From assembly GCA_012295275.1 (NCBI GenBank), contig CM022665.1:2542001-2606000 (forward strand): a stretch of 64,000 bases of DNA. The letters are read 5' to 3'. The position numbers and the translations under genes are program-made. The stretch is from Chrysomallon squamiferum. Lineage: Eukaryota; Animalia; Mollusca. Below the pieces are notes generated by a model. It saw only the letters and a list, made by a program, of their open reading frames with translations, was not told the origin of the DNA and made no database searches. Shown here piece after piece: positions 50,101 through 60,449 of the stretch. Each line of letters starts with the position of its first letter. The first letter of the stretch is position 1.

Positions 50101-51867
50101 GGTAAACAAAATGTGATAATGTCTTGTGGTAGGCAATGAATATTGACTATTACTTTCTATTTTAAGGAAATCACATTACTGTCAATGCTGGAAAATGATC
50201 TGTCTTGTTTTTTGTGTATTATTTTTCTAGTTCTTTACCATGTACAGTTATACAGTACAAAACAATTTTATCTTTAACAGTGCAAACAACAGGTTAAACA
50301 TATTTTGTTTGCTACAGCAACCAACCTTTGTTAATAATAAATTATAAGATTATGCTGGAATAAACTGTGAAATATATTTGGCATGTAATTTACAGTATCA
50401 TATTATAGACAGAAATTATAAATTTTACTCAGTAAGCAGCTATCAAAAGAATGAAAGTACACATCAGCTAAGTGTATCAGTCACGTTACTTACATTTGCA
50501 ATGAGGTTGATGAGCATATGAGCAAAACTGAAAGGAAGTGAGTTTGATGTTGCCTTTTCGAAACATGACTTAAGAGATGCTATGCCATTGCTATCACAGA
50601 AAAAACAAACATTTCTCAGCAAGTATAGTGGCACATCTGGATCCTGTAAAGATTAATAATATTTATGTAACAAAAGTAGTAATACAAAATGAAAAACCTA
50701 TGCATCAGTTTAAACTTGTACACCAAAAGTGTAACAACAAGTACAGTTAAGATTCAGTTTATTTGCAATGAATTATGTAACTGTTCCTAAAGTAAACCCA
50801 GAAAAAGAAACCAATCATTTGTCTGTGGAATTTCTACTTACACTGAAACTGTAGAACTGCTTAAACAGTAAGTACAATTTTAGACGATACTGAAATCAAA
50901 TGTCTAAATAATTCATTGGATTGTCTTGTATTTAAAAAAGATAAAATATTTTGGTATGATATTAAAAGATTAAAACAGAATATACTTACAGATATTTCAC
51001 AGTAATTGTTTAGAGCACTTGTTTCTTGTTGAGATAATTCCTGGAAAAAAAATAAAAGAGCAAACTGTATTATAAGCAGACTTTTCACTTGTGTATTGAG
51101 TTTCATACTTTATTCTGTTGAGCTGGGGATTTGAAAAACCATTTTGGTTATTTGAAACTATATTGTCTCTTTTTCTGTACTTTAACAGTTATATGCTATG
51201 TCCTTCCAGAACATAAGTTAATTTTATTTAAAGTGATTCAAAACAAAAACATAAACAAACCTCTAAAGATGAATGAACAACATGTTTGTAAGCAAGATAT
51301 GATGGAAAATTCATCAGAAAAACTTTAGTTGTAAACTGAAGTAATTTATCCTTTTCTTCCATGTTCCAATGTTCATCTTCTTCCATCTCAAGATCTTCCA
51401 CTGACACATCTTTGCTGCTATCAGAAAATTCTCCTTTATTTTCTTTATCATCAACAGCCCCTTTGGATTTAGTGGAATCACTTTTAGTGTCATTTCCTTG
51501 GTTCGAATGTTCTTCTTCATCTTTGCTTTCTCTTTCATAGTCTATTGGTAAAGTCTGTATGAATCTGATGGCTACTGTAAGAATAATCTGCACTATGTTG
51601 TTGAATCTCTCAAAATTCTTGAAGTCTTTGTAACAGCACATGCACTGTCTAAAACACAAAAACAAAATCGTTGTAACAATTAGCTGTGACAGAAATTTGT
51701 AACAATTTAATATCAATCCAGTGCCTGCAGTTACAAAAAATAATTTCACAAATAATTTTTTTGGGGGGGATGTCACTGGATGTCACTGTGAAGTAAAAGA
51801 TGGATATTACTATGGAATAAAGTCACAATCATCTGTTAGCAGATAAACATAAGCATCCTGTTTACAA

Positions 51868-51912
<45 letters not shown>

Positions 51913-54900
51913 TACAATTTTTAAGCCATTTTACTTTTAAATAATAACAAATTTATTTATCCTTTTTTATTCCATAACAAATTTAAGAGCTTTTCAGTGA
52001 CAGCATTGAACAAAACATTTTCAGGATGTACAAGAACCATGTTATACAGGTACAAAATACTTTCATTTTCAAAAAGGAGATTATCTCGTTCATCTGTTTC
52101 ATCAAGTATCATCAATTTTCCATGTTGTGTTTGATTTTTCTTTAAGTTCAATATACTAATAACAAACATAAAATAAAAACTAACCTTTGTGGCCATGTGC
52201 AGACATACAATAACACTGACTGAATTTCCTTTTTGTTGAGATGAAGACCTTCTTTACAGTGTACCCTTTCATCATCTGGATAATTAAAACAACACAATTA
52301 CAAGTATTAAACCTTACAGTCATTAATGATTCACTTTATTTAATTTTAAATGGCATACTGATGATCTTCCAAATATATAATACCAATATTTTCATCTTTC
52401 CTCTACCATGTGTCCAACAAGCTATTTGTCAAATTTTTCATATGGCCGGCAGGTTGTTTATGGATTAATTTAGAAAACCTATTTTTTAAAACTGAACCAT
52501 TAATCCCTATTAGAAGTGAAAAAACAATCTAAATAATGGAACTTTATTTACACTGAGGCCATACCACAACAGAAGAACTAGTGAAATAAATGTAAAAGTT
52601 AGTTTAATTAATAAAAATTCAAAAACAAATCTATTTAGTATTGCCAATATGAAGGCTGCATAATTCAAAACTGACCATACTGATAAAGGGCTGAAGTAAG
52701 TATAATATGCAAGAAAATGTGTGTGGAAACAAAACAAAAATAAAAACCTTTAGTATATAGCAGAAATTAGCCTTTAAAGACTCCAACTGCTGGAATGGTC
52801 AAGCTATTGTTTTCCCTGGTAAATACAGAACAATTGGCCAGTGGAATGAAATATGCCTGCTTCACCAGTTTTCTGACAGTGTTGTTAATGTTGTGCCTTT
52901 TTATATAATAGATACTTGCAGGCAGACTTCAAAGGCCTTTTGTAGTTAAGTAATAATGTTCCCTGATTGATGTTTGCTTTCTTAACAAACGACTGTATTG
53001 TGTCAATCATGCTATTTGCTGTTAAATGCCAGTTAACATTTTCACATTACCAGGCAATATGATGATATTGTAGATGAAATAAAAATGGCCAAGATGATAA
53101 AAGATAATGATAATGATGATGATGAGAGTACAGAATAGATACAGTGTACCACAGAACAGGTTATGGAAGTGTGTGTAAATCTTAAATGGTATCTTTTGAA
53201 CCGTGAATTTTTTTCAAAAAATGTTAATAAGTTTGCATGGAATTACTGACACTTAACAAACCATTCAACCACTTTTTCATTACAGTTTGTTTTGATAATA
53301 ACGTTTTGAATTGATGATTGTTAATGTTAATCATCATATTTCAGGCAGAATTAATTATTAGCCGTATTAGTTACAAATTTAGTTATACTGTTCACTTTTG
53401 TAGAATGTTTGTGATTATAAATATTTGTATTATATCTCTAATGCCATTAATACTTCAGTAGTTACTGATTACAACAGAAATCCGAAAATACAAGAATTTG
53501 ATATTTATTTCCAGTTATGGTTTTAAATTTATGTTTTTGATAATGTACATACATACATGTATGTACTGTCTGCTTTTACTGGTTTTAAACATCAATAAAT
53601 GCATTTTCATATACAGGTACATATATGTGTGTACATATTTATATTAAATTCATTTGAGTTCTGTCTTTTGTTTATATTGTTATTTACTTAGTTTACCAAA
53701 ATCAATACACAAGTGTGTGTTTCTTATAGTATGAAATGTACACGACTTGCCTGTCAGAACCAGAGTAACTATTTGAAATTTGAAATTTGAATATTTGAAC
53801 ACTATGAAACTTGAGCAGTTTTTGCTGACTCATTCCATCTCATCTTAGAAAAAAGTGACTATTTATTAATCATGAATGAACTGGCTGTGACTGTTTATTT
53901 TTGTCTTTTGACTATGTGAAACTTGTCTATTTTCTTTAGAGGGACGTTTGGTTTGGTTTCCAAAATATATGTTTGAAGCATACAAATATTAGTTTGGCAA
54001 CTTGTGTTCTATTAATTTGTACTTCAAAATATACCATTCTAATCTTTTCATTTTATAAGCATAACTTTTTCATTTAGTTTGAAGTTATTTATTTACTGTT
54101 ATTGATTGTAACTCCAAAAAAGAAAACGTTACCAATATTCAAGTGAATACTTAAAAATATGATTATATTCCATTTTTGATTAATGAACAGTGTGCTTGAA
54201 ATGCAAAAAGGAGGAGAAAATCTCAAATAAAGGAAGAAAACCTTTGAGAGTGACTGTTTAAAATAAAGAGACTATTTTAGTACCAGCTATAAAAGATGGT
54301 TTTAATTACTGGTTGCTACTGTGAATTTATAAGACATTTAAAGAAAGCATCTGAGTACGTTTGCTATCCACTGTTATTCCTTAACATTTGGCTGCAAAGA
54401 ACTTCAGTGACAGATTTCATAACATTTTGCTAGTTGTTATAAGACCAGTAAATAAAAGTCTATCTGTTGAATATTCATATATTTTGGCATCTTTGCCATG
54501 ACGTGGAAAAGGAATATGAGTGACTTTTAGAACATGTATACTGAAGTCACATGGCTATCTGAAGGAACAATTTTATGATTTCAGCTATTCTATTCTTACA
54601 TTTTTCAAATTGTTGATGAAACCATGGATGATAAGCAGGAAAGCAAGACAGCTGACACTGCTCATCTTTCTGACATATTCAACAAATCTACTCAAGTAAA
54701 CATTAAAATGTAAGGAAAAAGATATACCTTAACAAAGCAAAGGGAATTATAATGGCATTTATTAGAAAGATGGCAGTCTTTAAAGGCAGTATAGGAAGGC
54801 AGGTTTGAACCATTGCTTTGGAAGTTCATATATGGTTTCAACAATATGTCAAGGATGCCTTTGGCAAAAACAAACTGACTACTGATAGCTTTTTTCGTCT

Positions 54901-56483
54901 TTACACATTGTTCAGAAAAAATTCAATATAGTCATGCATATGCTAACCAAGCAGTGTACGAGTAGATATGTTGATAAATTAGAAAAATCTCATAAATGTT
55001 TGTCTTTGATTACCTAAAATACAACTGTTCTATCAGTCTTAATTTTTTATTTCCCTTTTTATAAGTATAAAAATAAGGAATTTTAAGTACTTAATACTGA
55101 CAGAAGGGTACTTGCACGTGCAAAAATTTGAAAAGCGGTTTTCTGATAAAAAGGTTAAGTGTCATTGAATGATTGATGTAGATATACATCAGTGTGTAAT
55201 ATATGTGAATAAAGCAAACAAAGGTTAATAAATATAATTGATTCTGTTTATTTATTTATTATTACATGACAATGAATACCATTTGAACAGTATGAAAACC
55301 CCTAGTCAAAATGCCAGTTCATGCTTAAGAACCAAATCTAGGTCAAATTGAAACATTATGCTACAAACATAAAGGGCTGTTCAAACAAGTTATTCAGTGA
55401 CTATAAAAATTAAAATGAACACAACTTCTCAGGCAAAGCTTAAAAGGGAGTTTCCACAACCATTTCAGATAACTGAATAGGTTGTTTTCATTCCTCATGT
55501 TGCATCAGATCAATAATTCCTATTTTAAATCAAATTCAATAAAACTGTGTAAAATCCTGTACAATCATATTTTAGAAAAAATGTTTTTTTTTTATAGTTT
55601 CTCTGTTTATCCTTTGGTACACTTACAAATTCAACCATCTCTTATTTACTACATAATATAGATGTAGTACTTTGGGTATTAGTATTAAAGACAATTTTTA
55701 GGGATGGAGCTCAAAGTACAATTATTCGAAGGTTCCTCGTGACAGCGTATTCTGAATCTGATGCATCTGTATAGTGAAACCAAATCAAGTCTGTGATGTT
55801 GAGTTGGCCAGATTGTATTTGCATAAATTTGCACATGTGAACTTACTGCAGTACTGAAATGGTTTATAGAAAAAGAATAGTCCACATCATGGACTTTATA
55901 ACACTAACAATTGAAAAAAAAGCAAGACCTTGAAGAAGACTGCTCATAAATTTTCAAATGGCTAATAATACTCTTTTAGTATTAATTTATTATTATTATT
56001 AGTTAGTTTTTATTTATTGTGTGTGTATGCAATAATCACACTGACGAATGTGAATAATTAAGTGCTATTTATAAAAATATAAATTAAAAAAAAAAAAATT
56101 TAAAAAAAATATATAAAAACAAGTCGATCAACATTGGTAACGGGTAATACTTGCGAAAATGTTGCACTGATAGTCATAGTATTGCACTTTTACACTTTAC
56201 AGTGATTAAACTTAAAGCTTAGTCTTGGCTAAGTAAATACTGAAACTGAAGATTACAAGTATATGAAACTGAACTCTTTGTTCTTTTTTGTATTGGGGGT
56301 AGGGATCTTATACTAAATGAAACTATTAGTAGTCTTCTGCAGCAATAATTCTACTAATTCCAATAGTAATAGTAATAGTAAGACTGAGTTACAGTGAGTA
56401 ACAAATAAGTAAACTAAAATTAAGCGAATTCATCACTTACGGTTTTCCAGGAGCACAAGCACGTCTGAACATACATCGCACAT
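12638..56483 (-). CDS. USP34: Ubiquitin carboxyl-terminal hydrolase 34, complete spliced CDS (79 coding exons, 10761 nt, ~3586 aa by manual tracing)
   Basis: Exons 5'->3': 56441-56483, 52185-52275, 51261-51648, 50990-51040, 50494-50643, 50024-50091, 49358-49550, 48997-49055, 48228-48306, 47974-48066, 47514-47639, 47175-47322, 46829-46908, 45741-46556, 45130-45293, 44584-44783, 44154-44278, 42864-42991, 42295-42384, 41593-41682, 41297-41376, 40815-40969, 40386-40502, 40015-40200, 39327-39530, 38601-39038, 38338-38466, 37922-38062, 37387-37461, 37084-37170, 36413-36586, 36205-36281, 35868-35911, 35336-35460, 34952-35110, 34399-34512, 33985-34161, 33488-33671, 32860-33023, 32385-32450, 32005-32151, 31443-31499, 30574-30651, 29752-29846, 29152-29321, 28681-28858, 28247-28325, 27837-27890, 27138-27257, 26588-26782, 25993-26058, 25407-25487, 25116-25198, 24702-24780, 24115-24279, 23414-23596, 22738-22842, 22501-22545, 22016-22120, 21612-21759, 21327-21424, 21015-21047, 20841-20889, 20298-20383, 20000-20083, 19544-19650, 18999-19176, 18311-18468, 17988-18066, 17453-17579, 17001-17123, 16540-16644, 15993-16114, 15698-15821, 15490-15569, 14580-14717, 13794-13946, 13109-13439, 12638-12912. 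Phases are consistent and there is no internal stop. N-terminus MCDVCSD.. resembles human MCENCAD..; diagnostic peptides include WDYWPHED, YTFNMVTMMKEKVNTHFSFPLRLDM and ADHDDQDVV.FNR.MLPAYYG. Confidence 0.97.
26256..26549. mobile_element. Non-autonomous DNA transposon / MITE with degenerate terminal inverted repeats
   Basis: Left end CAGGAGCAGATCCAGG and right end CTCCAGATATGCCCCAG resemble the widespread CAGGGGCGGATCCAG...CTGGATCCGCCCCTG ends. G-rich and C-rich subterminal tracts; ~290 bp inside an AT-rich intron. Confidence 0.55.
27138..33023 (-). other. USP34: Exons encoding the USP (peptidase C19) catalytic domain of USP34
   Basis: Cys box GLTNLGATCY (exon 32860-33023), GEQKDMTEF (32005-32151), His box VHTGTADGGHYYSFI (28681-28858), WFLFNDAEV (28247-28325), SAYMLFYER (27138-27257). 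The catalytic residues are intact. Confidence 0.95.
44910..44968. repeat. Compound (AAT)n/(CAT/CAC)n microsatellite
   Basis: Trinucleotide runs in USP34 intron 44784-45129; they explain the spurious poly-N/H/I ORFs. Confidence 0.9.
51870..51907. repeat. (TA)n microsatellite
   Basis: Perfect TA run in USP34 intron 2. Confidence 0.95.
54230..54860 (+). mobile_element. Decayed hAT (Buster/Charlie, GTF2IRD2-like) transposase relic in USP34 intron 1
   Basis: Broken translation gives FAIHC..HLAAK..FHNILLVVIRPVNK (~54360-54460), TEVTWLSEGTIL* (54540-; consensus TEVRWLSRGKVL) and AHLSDIFNK..VNIKM*GK (~54660-54720; consensus LAFLTDI..HLNELNLKLQGK). Stops and frameshifts are present. A possible degenerate right end lies near 55107-55144. 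Confidence 0.75.
55690..55960 (+). mobile_element. Possible highly decayed RTE-X-like LINE fragment in USP34 intron 1
   Basis: The peptide ELARLYLHKFAHVNLLQY*NGL loosely resembles the RTE-X motif GELGRYPL....RMIKYWL.L, and GC content is above the flanks. Weak call. Confidence 0.3.
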
Positions 56484-56660
56484 GATGTATTTGTCGTGGT
56501 GTTTGTATACATCTAATCACGTATAAAATTATCCGCCATAATATTTCTGTTTCAAGTAAATATATCATATATTTTTTAATTCTTTTTCGCTTTCAGCATT
56601 CCTCTTTAGCAAATCTCCCCGCCATATTGCAGGTCCTATTAAACCCCTTGAACTACCACA
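56484..56660 (-). promoter_or_regulatory. USP34 5' leader / proximal promoter with two YY1-type ATGGCGG motifs and several uATGs
   Basis: CCGCCAT at 56533-56539 and 56619-56625 on + (AWWATGGCGG on -), with local CpG enrichment next to the first coding exon. The TSS is not determinable from sequence. Confidence 0.55.
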
Positions 56661-57349
56661 AAATGTTGATAGGCGAAAATAACAAATGCATTGTTAACTA
56701 ACTTGACATCATATGGTTTAAATTCAATTTGTCGTTATTCTGAATCGTATATTTGATATTAAAAATAACTATCTTGTACTAAGGAAAATGTGTAAATAAA
56801 AAGTTATCCACGGAAAGGTGAAATGATTTAGTTCTCTTAACTAAGATTTGCAATGTAAGGAATTAACCACTGTGAATATGCGTCACAATACTGAATGCTA
56901 CAGTTTATATATAGCAAGCTATGGCACGATTTTTATTATCTTCTTCTTCTTTAAAAAATAAATAAATAAATAAATGAAACAGTGGAATTTATGTTCATAT
57001 TTTATGTTTAATTGTTTTAATGTTTAAGTATAAACGTTTTATTCTACATCAAGACCTATTCTTGTTCTAAGTGAAATAAAATGTACAGAAAATATCTTAA
57101 AATTTTAATCAAGGAACGTTATTTTTAAAATTTGAGACGTGCTGAATAATGTGAACTGCAGTACCATAAATTCTTTCATATGCATTTTAATTGCCATTAG
57201 GTTGGAGAGAGCAAAAGACAAACCAAAAAACACAAATACATATATATTTATTTAAAGAAGAAGGCCCAAAGAATTACGTCATGTATACCAAACCACTTGG
57301 TTTCATCAGAAACCATAAATTACAAATCATCTCTGTGCTGATAACACAG

Positions 57350-58085
57350 AATTATACCTGGCATTCAAACCAACATGTAGCACTGGCCTGTATCGAAAGC
57401 TGCCTCAAAGACATCGTGACCTGGTTGCATTGCTACATGCTGAACAGAATGTTGACACGACCGAAGTGATAATTTTCACTTCTAAACATAACTCAAAGGA
57501 CGCTGAACCATATTAGTTACTGTGGTAACTTCGGTACCATGTGTGACAAATCATGTTCGATTCCACTATGACTATGGAGCATCAAGTGAATGACATATAC
57601 CGGTCAAGCTATGCTCAGCTACAGAAGATCGGTAGAATCAGATTGTATCCGATGCCACAAAAACATTGGTGAATTACGTACGAATGGAACTGTTGCAACA
57701 GACACTACACGGTTTGCCCCACAACCTGCTCAACAAACTATACTAGGTCCAGAATACAGCAGCATGCATTGTGACCAGGACTTCACGTCACGGTCACATA
57801 TCTGAAGAAGCTCCACTGGTTGCCTGTCTACTGTAGGATACAATACAACCTCTTGGTCCATACATACAGCGCCTTAAACGATCGTTCCCCAGAGTTCATC
57901 GAGGACTCTGCAGTCACAGAATTTATTAAGATAAATAACACCAATAATAAGAATGACTACAAATGGCCAGATTTTTTTTATAGTTATGATGCACTGACTT
58001 TGTGGAACTCACTCCAAGTAACATCAGGGAGGCTGAAACAACAATTACATTTAAAACACCACTAAAGACCCATTTCTTTCAAATC
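57350..58085 (+). mobile_element. Decayed 3' fragment of an L2-clade LINE (end of RT domain and C-terminal region)
   Basis: ALACIESCLKDIVTW..YML....DTTEVIIF, QNTAACIVTRTSRHGHI, LKKLHWLPVYCRIQYNLLVHTYSALN, FSYDALTLWNSL and FKTPLKTHFF match the L2/CR1-group ORF2 C-terminal motifs (LHWLP, LWNSLP, LKTHLF). Frameshifted. Confidence 0.85.
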
Positions 58086-58314
58086 CACTTTATTAATATA
58101 CAGTTATGCTTTATTTTTCCAGTTTTAAAATGTTCACGCTAGTTTATTAATTATCTTTTATTTTTATCACCATTTTAACATATTCACCATTATGTTTTCG
58201 TTTATTTTGATATGTTTAAGTCCTTGTCTTTTTATATTTTAGTTTACTCTGTGGGGCATCCTTGGAATTAGTATCGTAATAGGTGCTATATAAATACGGC
58301 ATAGCAATAATAAT

Positions 58315-58316
<2 letters not shown>

Positions 58317-58382
<66 letters not shown>

Positions 58383-58388
58383 ATATAT
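58317..58388. repeat. (TA)n microsatellite
   Basis: Long TA run with one interruption; it explains the spurious YIYIYI ORFs on both strands. Confidence 0.95.
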
Positions 58389-58759
58389 TCGTTATAACAC
58401 TTACAGTATTTTTATCGAAAAATACATCTATTAGTACAATATCTGCCGTCAAGTTATATACCTCAACTGATTATTTCTCTACGATTTAATGTTCTGTTGC
58501 TAACTGTAATATAAATGACTAATGAAATCAACAAACTGCGCTTAATTAAAATATTAAAAAATGTCAACTGCACTATTAAAACAGTGAAGAAATACAGCAT
58601 GACAACAAAAATAAAAGTGTATTAAAAAAAAAAGAGAGAAATATATTTAAAATAATAATACTAATATATGAATAAATACATAAATAAATAAATAGAACCG
58701 AAAGAAGAAGAAGAAGAAAACAACTACATACAAACAAACAAAAAACATGTAAAAATATA

Positions 58760-58879
58760 GCCGTCTACGCTCGTTTCATTTAGAAATAAGGAACAAATAT
58801 AATTTCACCGGCTGCGCGGAAGTCCACAAACGCGGATAGCTACTTACCAATGAAGTGAAAATTGGTTGGTTTGGTGAGC
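58760..58879 (+). promoter_or_regulatory. Putative MEA1 promoter and non-coding first exon
   Basis: CpG-rich patch with an ETS motif CGGAAGT at 58817-58823, followed by a donor TTG|GTGAGC at 58874. The MEA1 ATG exon starts at a splice acceptor, so an upstream exon is required. Confidence 0.5.
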
Positions 58880-60375
58880 TTAGACATATTTATATGACCT
58901 TTTATATTTACACTAGCAGCAGACCTATAAAACGCAGTAAAATATTCAGTAAACCCTCTAACAATACATATAATTAAACTTTTTAAAACTGCAAGATACC
59001 AGAATACGAAAACGTAATCCCAGAGCTAGATAAATATAGAATGTATTATAATTTATTGTCAGTGTTACACTCTTACAAATCATTATATGTTTTGACATAT
59101 GAATTACGTAAGAAAAAAAAACAAAACAAAAAACAACAACAAAAAACCCTAACATCTTTAATGCTTTATTTGATTTCTCTGTGGCAAGTGTTCGTTCTTT
59201 TAGGTATTTTACTATTTCAGATGAATTTGTTTTGGAAAACAGTTATGTTCGTTATGAAAACCAGTCGATAATTCGGTTACGACCAAGTCTACTGTTTGAT
59301 TAGAAAAGGAAATTAGTGTATTTAACAAATACGTAATACAGTACGTATGTATTAAAATTAGTGATGTTAATTTAAATAGCTCCATATTTATTAAACATCT
59401 GATAAATAAGACAACATACAAATTAAAAATCTTGGACTTGAGGAATTAAGGAAATGCCAAATGCCGTGAAATGGTTGTTGAAATGTTGAAACCATTAATA
59501 ATGGCATTATTTTGAAAAATATACTGATTGCGATAGTCACAGTGTATAATACTTAAATAGGTAATAATACGGAAAATGATCCGTTCGTTTCAATATACAC
59601 CTTCCGCCCCAATGCCCCCCCACCAAAAAAAACAACAACAACAGAAAAACAAAAACATTTTGATAATAAAATATAACAAAATCTGATGTAAAAGTCAGTA
59701 CTTCAGTTAGACCCTTTTATTATTCATTAGTCAAGGAACTCACGAAGTCAGCATATTTTAATATTCTTTGATAATAATAATAATCTTATTTATTAAAAAA
59801 TCAGACTTTTATATATATATATATTTTTTTTTTTTTTTCAAATTCCACAATTCACACTTGTGAATGGAGTTTCTTGGACAATCAAAGGCAATATGTTATG
59901 TAAAATAGGAGCAGTACATTATTATTAATAATATATGAATAATTTATCAAATTACTACCAATATTATGTCAAATCGTGTACAGATTAAATTTGTAATAGT
60001 TAATATTGGAGACTAATTATTTTAGGCAAAATCGTGTAATACATCAGATCCCATTTATTTAAGTATATCAACACAATATTTTAAAATCAAAATAAATATT
60101 GTTATAATTAATTAAAAATATTCTGATTATTCTCCTCACCTGTTTCCCCTCAAAAATCATTTTATAATTAATTCAATTAGTCTGCATTCTATGTCATTAA
60201 AACATTTAAACAATAAAAACCAATAGTGTATTTTTTATAATACTGACAGCCTGATGAATCCAACACAAATTTAAATAATTAATTCTCATGTAATGTGTTA
60301 TTTGAACTGAAAAGTTTTCATTTTATTATAACTTTTTTTAAATTATTTATTTATTTATTTATTATTATTTTTTTA

Positions 60376-60407
<32 letters not shown>

Positions 60408-60449
60408 TAAGAAATTGCTATATTTTTATTATGTGTTTACAGTTTGGAA

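Noticed and set aside
12638-56483. Intronic snoRNAs, tRNAs or U12-type introns
   Set aside because: I found no convincing C/D box pairs with terminal stems, tRNA cloverleaves or RTATCCTT donors by eye. An Infernal/Rfam scan would be needed to exclude them.
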